From: Cyanobium sp.
GTDB taxonomy: Bacteria > Cyanobacteriota > Cyanobacteriia > PCC-6307 > Cyanobiaceae
Direction of reading: 5' to 3'
Length of the DNA: 59,333 nucleotides
NCBI GenBank assembly: GCA_046075745.1
Contig: JBJTQT010000131.1
Span: 1-59,333, forward strand
Below, in pieces: positions 38,364 to 48,446 of this stretch. Positions within the stretch are counted from its first letter, which is position 1; each line of letters starts with the position of its first letter. A program made the position numbers and the translations under genes. The notes under the pieces were generated by a model. It made no database searches and was not told the DNA's origin. It saw only the letters and a list, made by a program, of their open reading frames with translations.

Positions 38364-39962
38364 ATGTTTCGCCCCGTCTGCCCCCGTCAAGGCACCCACC
38401 GCCCTCCAGGCCGGCGGCTTGCCCGGCGGCCCGCCCTGCTGGTCTGCCTGTTGCTGCTGAACGGGGGATGTCAGGCGGCGGATCAGGCGCCTGTGCCACT
38501 CCAGTGGCCCGTTGCCCCACCCCCGTCTCTGCAATCGGAGACTCCCGTTCTCTGGGTTGCTCTGGCGGCGCGGCTGGGCCCTCGTGCTTCAGGTCAGGCT
38601 GGAAACTCCGCTGCAGCCACAGCTCCTCTGCACTTGCAGGCGGCCACAGGCACCCTGACGCTTGAGGATGGCGCGGGGCAGCGTTTCAGCGCCCCGCAGG
38701 TCACGCTCCACTGGCGCTGGCAACCCCTGCCCCAACCCTTCCTCATCCGCCGCAGGGTCCTGGGTCCGTTCGCCAGTTACGAATCGGCTGAAGCGGCAGC
38801 CCAGCCCTGGGCAACCGGCGGCCAGCAGCCCGTGATCGCCAGGCCCCTGGATTGGGAGGTGTGGGCTCCTGCGGACGCACCCGATCCCCCTGGCCGGTCC
38901 GCAAGGCTTGTCGAGCTCCGCGAGACCAGGCGCCTCGGCCTGGAGATCCGTCGCCCCAAGGGGGTGATGGTCCTGGAGGGGCCCATCCAGCTCCAGGCGC
39001 CGGGAGGGTTGCGCTGGGGGAGCGGAATCTACAGAGGTCCGTTCCGTCTCCTGCCCGATGCCCATGGGGGATGGAGTCTGCTGGAGGAGGTGCCCCTGGA
39101 GCGCTATCTGGAGGGGGTTGTTCCCCATGAGATCGGCGCTGGTTCTCCCCCGGCGGCCCTGGCGGCCCAGGCGGTGCTGGCACGCACCTGGGCCATCCGT
39201 AACCGGGGTCGGTATCAGGCGGATGGCTATCACCTCTGCGCCGACACCCAGTGCCAGGTGTACAGCGACCCTGCCCAGGCCAGCCCTGCTGTGCGCCAGG
39301 CCATCACCTCCAGCCGCGGCCAGGTGCTGGCTGCGGCGGACCAGCCGATCCATGCTGTCTATCACGCCAGTAACGGAGGGGTGGCCGCAGGTCTCGAGGA
39401 GGCCTGGGAAGTGGAACCTGTGCCTTACCTCCGGCCATTTGCCGATGGCAGTGCGGCCTTCCAAGGGCGCAACCCCCTGCCCATCACGGCCCAGAGCCTG
39501 CCTGGGCTGATCCGCAATGGGCAGGGCGCCTATGGGGTGGATCATCCCCTCTTTCGCTGGCAACGCACCCTCACAGAGAGCGCGATCAGCACGGCGCTGG
39601 CCTCCAGGGGGCTGTCGGTGGGCGTTCCCCGCACTCTGAAGGTGCTGGAGAGGGGGCCCAGTGGACGGGCCCTTGCCGTGGAGATCGCCGGCTCGAAGGC
39701 CACCGTGGTGCTCCGTCGAGATGCCATCCGCCGCACTCTGCGCCAGTTGCCCAGCACCCTCTTCACCCTGGCGCCATCCCAGGGTGGAGCCTGGCTCCTT
39801 CAGGGAGGAGGATTCGGCCATGGCGCGGGGCTCTCCCAGGCTGGCGCGATTGATCTGGCCCGCCGCGGCTGGACCGTGGAGGCCATCCTGAAGCACTACT
39901 ACCCGGGAGCCACCTTGCAGCCCCTGGTGGCGCTCCCCCTGTCCCGGAAGGAGGGGGTCTGA
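38364..39962 (+). CDS. SpoIID/LytB-domain protein
   Basis: [47 protein letters not shown]. Confidence 0.9.
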   Translation: MFRPVCPRQGTHRPPGRRLARRPALLVCLLLLNGGCQAADQAPVPLQWPVAPPPSLQSETPVLWVALAARLGPRASGQAGNSAAATAPLHLQAATGTLTLEDGAGQRFSAPQVTLHWRWQPLPQPFLIRRRVLGPFASYESAEAAAQPWATGGQQPVIARPLDWEVWAPADAPDPPGRSARLVELRETRRLGLEIRRPKGVMVLEGPIQLQAPGGLRWGSGIYRGPFRLLPDAHGGWSLLEEVPLERYLEGVVPHEIGAGSPPAALAAQAVLARTWAIRNRGRYQADGYHLCADTQCQVYSDPAQASPAVRQAITSSRGQVLAAADQPIHAVYHASNGGVAAGLEEAWEVEPVPYLRPFADGSAAFQGRNPLPITAQSLPGLIRNGQGAYGVDHPLFRWQRTLTESAISTALASRGLSVGVPRTLKVLERGPSGRALAVEIAGSKATVVLRRDAIRRTLRQLPSTLFTLAPSQGGAWLLQGGGFGHGAGLSQAGAIDLARRGWTVEAILKHYYPGATLQPLVALPLSRKEGV

Positions 39963-40047
39963 AACGCAACCCGTTGGCTCCCAGGCCGGTTGTCCCTGCG
40001 TGGCTGCTGGTCCAGCCCTTTAGGATCTGCACAGTGGAGGTCAAGGC

Positions 40048-41466
40048 ATGGGCGGCGGGAGCGCAGACAATCGCCGCCGCAAGGCTGCTCTGGTGTTCCT
40101 GGTCTGCCTGGTCGCCGGGGCGCTCCCCCATGCGCTTGGTCCGCTGGTCCGGTGGGTTCCCGGGGTCGGACTGGCGGTGCTGTGTGGGGGATATGTGGGC
40201 CGCACGGTGCTCCTAAGGCCAGTTGCTAAGGCCGACTCGGGAGATTCTCTCCGGACGGCAGCCACCCAATCCTCTGCAACGGAGGGTCAACCAGACACCT
40301 TCCCCCCCGTCGATGTGGTGGTGGCGGCACGGGATGAGGAGGCTGTGATCGGTTCTCTGGTGGAGCGGGTGCTGGGTTTGCGGTGGCCCGCCGATCGCCT
40401 GCGGCTCTGGGTGGTGGATGATGGCAGCGAGGATCGCACCCCTCAGCGCCTGGCTGAGCTGCAGGCCAGGCATCCCCAGCTGCATGTCCTGCGCCGCGGT
40501 CTTGATGCAGGGGGCGGCAAGTCTGGAGCCCTCAACGCCGTGCTCCCCCAGCTTCAGGGACGTTGGATGCTTGTGCTCGATGCGGATGCCGATCTGCCTT
40601 CAGACTGGCTGGAAAGGGTGATCCCCTTTGCGGAGCGAGGAGGCTGGGCGGCTGTGCAGGTGCGTAAGGCGGAGGCCAATGCGTCGCAAAACCTTCTCAC
40701 CAAAGCCCAGGCCATGGAAATGGCCTTTGATGCTTATATCCAGGAGGCGCGTTTGGCCCGGGGTGGGGTGGCCGAGCTTCGCGGCAATGGCCAGTTGCTG
40801 CGCCGGGATGGTCTGCTGCAGGCCGGTGGCTTCAATGAAGCCACGATCACCGATGATCTGGACTTGAGTTTCCGTTTTCTCTTGGCCGGCTTGCCGGTTG
40901 GTGTGCTCTGGGATCCTCCCGTGAGCGAGGAGGCTGTCTCCAGCTTTCCAGGCCTCTGGCGGCAGCGTCAGCGGTGGGCGGAAGGGGGATTGCAGCGGTT
41001 CCTCGATTACAGCGATCAGCTGATGTCTGATCGGCTGACTGGGCCGCAGAAATGGGATCTGGGCTCGTTTTTTGTTCTTCAATATCTGCTCCCGTTAGTG
41101 GTCGTCTTTGATTTGCTCTCTGCCTGGTTGACGCACACTCGTCCTGGGATGTGGCCTTTCCCCTTTGTTGTGTTGACCCTTTCTGGATTCTCCATCACTG
41201 CTGGTTGCAGCCGCTCAGGTGAAGGACCTGAGATCCCGCGGCCCACTCCTGCCAATGTGATCCTGGCGATGGCTTACTTGATGCACTGGTTTGTTGTGAT
41301 CCCCTGGGTCATTTTGAAGATGGCTCTCCTGCCGAAATCCCTGGTCTGGGCGAAGACGGTTCACAGAGGCAGTTCCATCCAGGCCTTCAGCCTTGAATGT
41401 GATGTAGCGGAGGAGAGCTTGATTGATGGAGGAGTCGAAATTGCCACTGAGTCAACTGGAACCTGA
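40048..41466 (+). CDS. mgdA: Processive GT2, probable monoglucosyldiacylglycerol synthase
   Basis: VDDGS, GKSGALN, LDADA, TDDLD, QRQRWAEGG plus C-terminal TM helices. Confidence 0.7.
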   Translation: MGGGSADNRRRKAALVFLVCLVAGALPHALGPLVRWVPGVGLAVLCGGYVGRTVLLRPVAKADSGDSLRTAATQSSATEGQPDTFPPVDVVVAARDEEAVIGSLVERVLGLRWPADRLRLWVVDDGSEDRTPQRLAELQARHPQLHVLRRGLDAGGGKSGALNAVLPQLQGRWMLVLDADADLPSDWLERVIPFAERGGWAAVQVRKAEANASQNLLTKAQAMEMAFDAYIQEARLARGGVAELRGNGQLLRRDGLLQAGGFNEATITDDLDLSFRFLLAGLPVGVLWDPPVSEEAVSSFPGLWRQRQRWAEGGLQRFLDYSDQLMSDRLTGPQKWDLGSFFVLQYLLPLVVVFDLLSAWLTHTRPGMWPFPFVVLTLSGFSITAGCSRSGEGPEIPRPTPANVILAMAYLMHWFVVIPWVILKMALLPKSLVWAKTVHRGSSIQAFSLECDVAEESLIDGGVEIATESTGT

Positions 41467-41470
41467 AGGG

Positions 41471-43216
41471 TTACTCTTCACGAGTTTCCGATGAGACCAC
41501 TTGCCCATGAAAAAAATCAGCCAGCGATTCGGTTGATTCTTGCAGGACACGCTCCCCGGAGTGATGCAGAGGTGATGTCTGATTTGGTTCATTGATTCTT
41601 TCTGGTTTTGGCGCATCAATATCCTCTCGTTTTTCTTCCTGTGCCTGGAGGGTTTCAGCAGTGGTGATCCCCTTGTTGGCCGGGGCGGCTGGCGATGATG
41701 TTTCACCACTGGGTTTGGAGGATTCGGCTGGTTTCAGAGGTTCCCTTTCACCGGCTTCAATGGTGATTTGTCTTGGGCTACCGAGGCAGACTTCGATGGC
41801 TTTTTCGAGCAGCGGAAGCCGACTTTGCACCATGGTCATCCAGTTGCTGGAGACACAGACAACCGCTCGCCGTTCATCCAGCTGTTTCAGGTGGGCTTGT
41901 TGAGACAACAGCATCCGTGTCGAAGGGAGATGCAGCCCAGCCAGAATCTGCTGCCAAAGCTCCTCCAGACTGATCGTGCCGTCTGCAGGGGTTTCTGCCC
42001 TGGTCTGCTGGTCTTTCATCGCTGGACCATTTGTTTTGCTGTCAGCAGGCAGCTCCGGCTGAGAAGGCTTGTTCTCTCGGAGCATCTCCTGAACAGCCTG
42101 GGAATTGTCTTTTTGTGGGGTAGCCAAGGGTTCTGCCAGCAGCCCGAGAAGAAGAACCTCCAGCCAGAGCCGAGGTTGAACGCTGTGCCTCAGCTGCTGC
42201 TCACTCCCCTTCAGATTCGCCTGCCAGCGCAACAAGCGTTCCTTGCCGATCTTGGTGGCGAGGGGGGGGAGTTTCACTCTGAGCGGCGGAGACACGCTTG
42301 TGAGCTCAAGACGCTCCGGTGCCACCCCGGCCAGCAGGAGATCCCGCAACAGGCTCACAAGTCCATGCAGCAGGGCGTTCGGTTCACGCCCCCGTTCCAG
42401 CAGCTGCCTGCATCCTTCCACCACCGCTAGGGGATTGGCTTCTGCCATGGCCTGCGCCAGCGAGAGCAGCTCCTCTTCGGGAACGGCGCCGAGCAGATCC
42501 CACACCGCTGGGGCTTCTATGGGGGCGGGTAGCAGGCTCAGCTGGTCCAACAGGCTTTCCGCATCTCGCAGGCCTCCTTGGGCACGCTGGGCCACCAAAT
42601 CGATGGCCTCTGGGGTGATGGCAATCGACTCCTGTTCTGCAATCCAGTGCAGGTGTTTCTTCAGGGCCTCCAGGGGAATGCGCCGAAAATCAAAGCGCTG
42701 GCAGCGGGAAAGAATGGTGGGCAACACCCGCTGGGGATCGGTGGTGGCCAGCACAAACACCACCTGGGGTGGGGGTTCTTCGAGGGTTTTCAGGAGGGCA
42801 TTGAAGGCTGCCGTGGAAAGCATGTGGCATTCGTCCACCACATACACTTTCCAGCGGGCCTGCACGGGAGCAAAGCGAGAGCGCTCGATCAGCTCCCGGA
42901 TGTTGTCCACACCTGTGTTGGAGGCAGCATCGATCTCGATCACATCCAGGGCATTGCCCGCGGCGATCGAGTTGCAGAGTTCGCAGCGACCGCAGGGTTC
43001 GGGGGTGGGTCCTTCGCTGGCCAAGCAGTTGAGTGAGCGGGCCAGGATCCGGGCGCTGGAGGTTTTGCCTGTTCCCCTAGGCCCGCTGAACAAATAGGCG
43101 GGTGCAATTCGTCCGCTCAGCAGAGCGCTGCCCAGGGTGGCGGCAATGGCTTGCTGGCCCACCAGTTCAGAGAGTCGCTGGGGGCGGTATTTGTGGTGGA
43201 GGGGTTGGTAGGCCAT
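41471..43216 (-). CDS. dnaX: DNA polymerase III subunit gamma/tau
   Basis: KYRPQ, GPRGTGKTS, DECHML, SRC motif, cyanobacterial C-terminal LADFF.G. Confidence 0.96.
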   Translation of the reverse strand: MAYQPLHHKYRPQRLSELVGQQAIAATLGSALLSGRIAPAYLFSGPRGTGKTSSARILARSLNCLASEGPTPEPCGRCELCNSIAAGNALDVIEIDAASNTGVDNIRELIERSRFAPVQARWKVYVVDECHMLSTAAFNALLKTLEEPPPQVVFVLATTDPQRVLPTILSRCQRFDFRRIPLEALKKHLHWIAEQESIAITPEAIDLVAQRAQGGLRDAESLLDQLSLLPAPIEAPAVWDLLGAVPEEELLSLAQAMAEANPLAVVEGCRQLLERGREPNALLHGLVSLLRDLLLAGVAPERLELTSVSPPLRVKLPPLATKIGKERLLRWQANLKGSEQQLRHSVQPRLWLEVLLLGLLAEPLATPQKDNSQAVQEMLRENKPSQPELPADSKTNGPAMKDQQTRAETPADGTISLEELWQQILAGLHLPSTRMLLSQQAHLKQLDERRAVVCVSSNWMTMVQSRLPLLEKAIEVCLGSPRQITIEAGEREPLKPAESSKPSGETSSPAAPANKGITTAETLQAQEEKREDIDAPKPERINEPNQTSPLHHSGERVLQESTESLADFFHGQVVSSETREE

Positions 43217-43262
43217 GCGTCATGGGTGCAGAGGTTGCTTCATATAGATTGGGAGAATTGTT

Positions 43263-44333
43263 TTATGATTCAAATAACTTCTCAAAAAGCCTCTTGTACG
43301 GTGATCTGAGTCTCTGGCTTAAGTAAGCTTTGCAGGCCCCAAGCTCTTTTTCCGCTTGCCGCAAAGAATTGGCTAATTTAGTCGATGAGAGCAAGTATTC
43401 TTCGTGGCGTGGTTCCCAAACGCTCATTCTGTCGGGTTCGCTTTGTATATCTATACTCTGCTCTTGCTCTGGGTAGGAAATTGCCCAAGCAAAGCCATCG
43501 AGTTCACATGCATGTAGAACAATGCGTTCAAGAGCGTGCAAGGAAGTGCCATCGATAGCCAAGGGTTCACTTGGTAGCGGTATGCATTTTTCGTAAGCGA
43601 GGCGAAAGCTATGCATGGCTTGCGGACGAAACCAAAACATCATCCCAGTTGGGAATACAAGAGGGCTATACATTGACAAGTTCTTGACTGACAATGTCTC
43701 AGAGCAGATTAAGTTGGCAAGTTTGTAGTTTTGACCCCAGTTAGCAAATTGGCGAATGTCCTCAGCTAATCGTGGTATCACCACGCCCAAATTGGGATGA
43801 GTTGCAAACGCTTGGCGGATTTTTGTAACATGCGTCTCTGAATTGGCGAGGCAGTTAATAAGGTCGCGAAACCAGGATGTGCCAAGGGATGAATTGTGGG
43901 GGGATCTTTTGGTGTGGAGATGAAGAACAAGGTCGCAGGATTCCATTGCATGTAGAACTAAGGCTGATATATTCCTTCCCAGATTGCCACTAACGAAAAT
44001 TCTTTGATTAACAAGTTCTTTTGAGATAACATGTTCTTTGAGCATTTCCGCAAGAATCTGTTTCTTGCGATCAGTATCCGTTGTAACAACTAGAGAAGCC
44101 CCATAAACGCTGCCGCTTAACCAGTCGAATAATTGTGCCATTTCTTCTATGTAATAGGCATGTATGTGGATTACCCATTTTTGTGCCAATAGTTGATTAG
44201 GTTCGCAGTCAGCACTAGGAAAATTGGCATTTAGGCTGAGCTTCTTCTCGTATTCTCTAGTGGGAACCAGCGTGGGAGCCGAGTTGGGTTCGAGATAGTT
44301 TAATTCAAACTTGTCAGAAGGATCATGAGTCAT
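43263..44333 (-). CDS. Rhamnan synthesis protein F (RgpF)-family protein
   Basis: IHIHAYY, LVVTTD, NLGRNI, HLHTKRS, FPTGMMFWFR, DGTSLHALER; low GC; start ATG 44333 overlaps the upstream GT2. Confidence 0.78.
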   Translation of the reverse strand: MTHDPSDKFELNYLEPNSAPTLVPTREYEKKLSLNANFPSADCEPNQLLAQKWVIHIHAYYIEEMAQLFDWLSGSVYGASLVVTTDTDRKKQILAEMLKEHVISKELVNQRIFVSGNLGRNISALVLHAMESCDLVLHLHTKRSPHNSSLGTSWFRDLINCLANSETHVTKIRQAFATHPNLGVVIPRLAEDIRQFANWGQNYKLANLICSETLSVKNLSMYSPLVFPTGMMFWFRPQAMHSFRLAYEKCIPLPSEPLAIDGTSLHALERIVLHACELDGFAWAISYPEQEQSIDIQSEPDRMSVWEPRHEEYLLSSTKLANSLRQAEKELGACKAYLSQRLRSPYKRLFEKLFES

Positions 44334-45384
44334 GATTTTTAGTTCTGAGGAATAGTGATATTTGCTTGCCAAGCTTGTTTCGTACTGAACGCCATCCAAG
44401 AGACCCCCACATACGCAGCCACAGGGTTCGACGCCAAGCACTTAGGTGAAGCAAGCCGAGCAACCGTGGGATTAAATTCACACCATAAAGCTTGAATAAA
44501 GTTGAATAAGCTTGCTGTTGTTTGTACCACAATCCAGGTGCTGCTGGTTCAAGACCAATGCTGAACCAGAGATCAAGAAGATGCTCTCTCGGGACACATA
44601 GATCACCAGGACATTCCAAGGCTTTGGTATGTTCGAGAATGAATTGTGTTATGGCACTGCACTCGCTTAGATAGACGGAACTCTGTAGATGTCGAACCGT
44701 TGTTGTGTGGAAGCGATAACGGTTGAGGGCCTCGGCGATATATGCAATCTTCCGGCCATGCATGATTGAAACCCATAGAAGTAGATCGCCTCCGAGTTTG
44801 AAGTCCGGTCTTAGCGATGTTGGGCTGACATAGAGTGAACGCCTGAATAAGACTGCGCTGGCATTGGGAATGACATTCTTTATGCTCATGAAGTTGATTG
44901 CAAAATAAGTGCCATCCATTACAAAATCCTGCTTCCAGAGATGCCTGCTGATTGCTTCCGTCCAGCCAACAAGATTAGCAGTTACTTCCGATTGCGCGTT
45001 GATAGCGAGAGACTGACAATAAGCCATTGCTACATCATCATCAATAAAAGTGTGCACGAGCTTTTCCAGAAGAGTTGGATGTGCAGTATCATCAGACTCG
45101 GCGATCCAAATTAGGTCGCCTTCTGCCATTGCCAAAGCGCGATCCCATTGTAAAAAAGTTGAGCTTGAGTTGGTCTTATTGAGTTGAAGTTTATAATTGA
45201 CGCCTGACAAGCATTCCTGAATAATCTCTACCGAACTGTCTGATGAAGCATCATCGAGAATGATTAGCTCATAGTCTAGATATGTCTGATTAAGGATTGA
45301 TTCCAGCCTCTCCCTCAAAAACGCTGCATGGTTATAATTGGGTACGACAATGCTGACTTTTGGCTGAAATCTGGTGTCACTCAT
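44323..45384 (-). CDS. Family 2 glycosyltransferase
   Basis: VSIVVPNYNH, IILDDASSD, WIAESDD, IPNASAVLFRR; low GC. Confidence 0.9.
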   Translation of the reverse strand: MSDTRFQPKVSIVVPNYNHAAFLRERLESILNQTYLDYELIILDDASSDSSVEIIQECLSGVNYKLQLNKTNSSSTFLQWDRALAMAEGDLIWIAESDDTAHPTLLEKLVHTFIDDDVAMAYCQSLAINAQSEVTANLVGWTEAISRHLWKQDFVMDGTYFAINFMSIKNVIPNASAVLFRRSLYVSPTSLRPDFKLGGDLLLWVSIMHGRKIAYIAEALNRYRFHTTTVRHLQSSVYLSECSAITQFILEHTKALECPGDLCVPREHLLDLWFSIGLEPAAPGLWYKQQQAYSTLFKLYGVNLIPRLLGLLHLSAWRRTLWLRMWGSLGWRSVRNKLGKQISLFLRTKNHDS

Positions 45385-45474
45385 GGTTGTGATTCCCGTA
45401 GGCTTATTGGTGCTTGGTTAGCAAGTAGTTGTGTTTGATATCCAAAGAGATGACTTGGATGAGTTTTGAGTTGA

Positions 45475-46251
45475 TTAGTTCAGCTCTGACTGCTCTGGCG
45501 TTGGCAAGGGCTGCGTTGCCTCACTAGCTGTCTCTTTCCTCTCCAGCATTCCCTCCAAACGCGCCTCCATTTCCTCCAGTTCGCTGAGCTGATCCGCCAA
45601 CTTCTGGGCGGCGAGCCTCAGCCGAATGAACTGATCGCTGGGTTGCTCGTTATCCCCCCAGCGGGCTTCGGCTTTGGCGAGCTCCTGCTCCAGGCGGCTT
45701 TGAAGGCCTTGGCGTAGGCCATCGAGCTGCTCCAAGCTTTTCAGAGCCAGATCACGCCCTTTTTCGATGTGGCCGGGGTCGATCGTGATCCCATGCCGCA
45801 GAAGCATCCTGGCTCCCGTGAGCACGGCTGCAGGAATGAATTGCCCAATCGCCAGCGCCCCGAGGCTGCCCGTATGGAGCCAATCCTCTACTTGGTTGCT
45901 GCGATGGCGGCCGGTTTTGCACCAGTGGGCAAAATGCTCGCAATTGTTAAAGAGAAGATTGTAATTTTGTTCGCCCAAGCGTCCGAGGGCTCGCTGCAGC
46001 GTCTCTTCAGTCGGCGAACAACTTCCCGTTGGATAGTCCACCGTGGTGATGGTAAGACCCCGGCTGAAGTCCTCTTGAGGACTGCGCAGGATCTCTCGTC
46101 CCTCCAGGTAGTGGGCAACCGTGCCATCCCCCAGATCGATGCCGTGGTGATTGAAAAGCCCGTGTTGACGGGGGACCTGAAGATGGTCAGCCGCGGCCAA
46201 GGTGGTGATTGGATGGGCCCTCCAAGCATCTCGGCATTCAGCAGCCGCCAA
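45475..46251 (-). CDS. LRAT (lecithin-retinol acyltransferase-like, permuted NlpC/P60) domain protein
   Basis: HHGIDLGDGTVAHY and YNLLFNNCEHFA motifs; true start uncertain. Confidence 0.85.
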   Translation of the reverse strand: MAAAECRDAWRAHPITTLAAADHLQVPRQHGLFNHHGIDLGDGTVAHYLEGREILRSPQEDFSRGLTITTVDYPTGSCSPTEETLQRALGRLGEQNYNLLFNNCEHFAHWCKTGRHRSNQVEDWLHTGSLGALAIGQFIPAAVLTGARMLLRHGITIDPGHIEKGRDLALKSLEQLDGLRQGLQSRLEQELAKAEARWGDNEQPSDQFIRLRLAAQKLADQLSELEEMEARLEGMLERKETASEATQPLPTPEQSELN

Positions 46252-46278
46252 AAGTGCTGTTGAGGTGGGGATTGCCGC

Positions 46279-47640
46279 TCAGGCGCTGGCTTGATTGCTG
46301 TGGTCCGTTCTCCCGTTCGCACTGGGAATGGGCAATACGTTCGAGCGGCTGCGCTGCTCCACCAGATCTCGCGTGACGGTGAAGGTCTTGATGTCCCTGC
46401 GCGAGGGCAGGTCGTACATCACCTCCAGCATCAGCTCCTCCACGATTCCCCTCAGAGCACGGGCGCCGGTCTTGCGGCGGTGGGCTTCAACGGCAATCGC
46501 TTCCACCGCACCAGGTTCAAAGTCCAGCCGCACGTTGTCCATGCTCAGAAGTGTCTGGAACTGTTTCACCAGAGCATCCCGGGGCTCGGTGAGGATCGCT
46601 TCCAGGGCGGAGGTGTCTAGGGGTTCGAGCACGGCGGTCACCGGCAGCCGGCCGATGAATTCGGGGATCAGGCCATAGCGCACCAGGTCGTCGGGTTCTA
46701 GATGGCGCAGCACTTCAGCGGCGTGGCGATCCTTGCTGGTTTTCGGGCGGCTCTGGCCTTCTGCAGGGAGGAAGCCGATCGCATTCCGTCCCATGCGCTT
46801 CTGCACCACATCCTCCAGGCCGACGAAGGCGCCACCACAGATGAAGAGAATCTGGCTGGTGTCGATCTGGATGCAATCCTGATAGGGGTGTTTGCGCCCT
46901 CCCTGGGGAGGCACGTTGGCCACGGTGCCCTCCAGCATCTTCAGCAGGGCCTGCTGCACCCCTTCTCCGGACACATCGCGGGTGATGGATGGGTTTTCAC
47001 TCTTGCGGGCGATCTTGTCGATTTCATCGATGTAAATGATGCCGCGCTGCGCCTGATCCACATCCAAATCGGCCTTCTGCAGCAGCCTCAACAGGATGTT
47101 TTCCACATCCTCTCCCACATAGCCCGCTTCCGTGAGGGTGGTGGCATCCGCCACGGCGAAGGGCACATCCAGAAGTTCGGCGAGCGACTGGGCTAGAAGG
47201 GTTTTCCCGCAGCCCGTAGGGCCGATCAGCAGGATGTTGGATTTGTGCAGGCGGGTGGCGGTCCGATCAGTCTCCCCCTGGCCGTCTCCCTGCCAGGCGA
47301 GACGCTTGTAATGGTTGTAGACGGCAACGGCCAGCACCTTCTTGGCCTCTTCCTGGCCCACCACCTGTTCGTCGAGAAAGGTTTTGATCTGCTGAGGTTT
47401 GGGGATGGAGGCTAGAGTGGGTGCCGGTTTGGCGGCTTTCTTCTGGGCGGTCTTGCGGCTGGCCTCGGCCGCAGGACGGCTGTGTCCCTGGCCTTCCACC
47501 AGCTCCTCATCCAGGATCTCGTTGCAGAGATCAATGCACTCGTCACAGATGTAGACGCCAGGCCCGGCGATCAGCTTCCGTACCTGATCCTGCGACTTGC
47601 CGCAGAAGGAACACTTGAGATGGGCGTCGAACTTGGCCAT
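46279..47640 (-). CDS. clpX: ATP-dependent Clp protease ATPase subunit ClpX
   Basis: CSFCGK zinc domain, [22 protein letters not shown] loop. Confidence 0.97.
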   Translation of the reverse strand: MAKFDAHLKCSFCGKSQDQVRKLIAGPGVYICDECIDLCNEILDEELVEGQGHSRPAAEASRKTAQKKAAKPAPTLASIPKPQQIKTFLDEQVVGQEEAKKVLAVAVYNHYKRLAWQGDGQGETDRTATRLHKSNILLIGPTGCGKTLLAQSLAELLDVPFAVADATTLTEAGYVGEDVENILLRLLQKADLDVDQAQRGIIYIDEIDKIARKSENPSITRDVSGEGVQQALLKMLEGTVANVPPQGGRKHPYQDCIQIDTSQILFICGGAFVGLEDVVQKRMGRNAIGFLPAEGQSRPKTSKDRHAAEVLRHLEPDDLVRYGLIPEFIGRLPVTAVLEPLDTSALEAILTEPRDALVKQFQTLLSMDNVRLDFEPGAVEAIAVEAHRRKTGARALRGIVEELMLEVMYDLPSRRDIKTFTVTRDLVEQRSRSNVLPIPSANGRTDHSNQASA

Positions 47641-47723
47641 GAACTCGGTCGGGGGGGAGCGTACGGGGCGGCCCCGCTTTCAAGAATGCCCTCAATCGCC
47701 GGCAGGTCTGCGGTCCTTAAGGA

Positions 47724-48407
47724 TCAAACCGGGCTGGGGGAGGGAGTGCCTTCCACGACCCTATCTATCAAGCCATATTCAACCGCTTCTGCCGGTGAAA
47801 GGAAATAGTCGCGGTCGGTGTCCTCGGCAATCTTCTCGAGAGGCTGGCCTGTGTGCTCGGCCATCAGGCTGTTGAGCGTCTCCTTCAGGTAGAGGATTTC
47901 CTTGGCCTGGATCTCGATGTCCACGGCCTGGCCTTGGGCTCCACCCAGGGGCTGGTGGATCATGATCCGGGCGTTGGGGAGGGCGAGCCGTTTGCCCTTG
48001 GTTCCCCCGGTGAGCAGGAAGGCGCCCATGCTCGCGGCAAGCCCGTAGCAGATGGTGACGATGTCCGGGCTCACTTGCTGCATCGTGTCGTAGATGGCCA
48101 GGCCCGCCGTGACGGAACCACCTGGTGAATTGACATAGATCTGAATGTCTTTTTCCGGGTCTTCCGCCTCTAGGAACAGCAGCTGCGCCACCAGGGAGTC
48201 AGCGACCTGGTCATCGATCCCGGTGCCCAGGAAGATGATCCGCTCCCGCAACAAACGGGAATAGATGTCAAACGCCCGATCGCCGCGGCCTGACTGTTCG
48301 ACCACCGTCGGCAGGACGCCGGGCGAGGCCCCTGGTCGCTCAATGGCAGCCCAGGGACGTGGCCCCTGCCAGAGGCTGTGCACGGGATGGGAAATGGCCT
48401 GGTTCAC
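47724..48407 (-). CDS. clpP: ATP-dependent Clp protease proteolytic subunit
   Basis: [29 protein letters not shown]; GTG start. Confidence 0.96.
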   Translation of the reverse strand: MNQAISHPVHSLWQGPRPWAAIERPGASPGVLPTVVEQSGRGDRAFDIYSRLLRERIIFLGTGIDDQVADSLVAQLLFLEAEDPEKDIQIYVNSPGGSVTAGLAIYDTMQQVSPDIVTICYGLAASMGAFLLTGGTKGKRLALPNARIMIHQPLGGAQGQAVDIEIQAKEILYLKETLNSLMAEHTGQPLEKIAEDTDRDYFLSPAEAVEYGLIDRVVEGTPSPSPV

Positions 48408-48446
48408 ACGCAGGGAGCCTGGGACGACGAAGAAAGCCCAATCAAT

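Noticed and set aside
42100-42125. Programmed -1 frameshift site in dnaX
   Set aside because: The run after domain III is CAA AAA GAC (five A), not an in-frame A AAA AAG heptamer; the T7 run near the 3' end keeps the conserved DFF frame.
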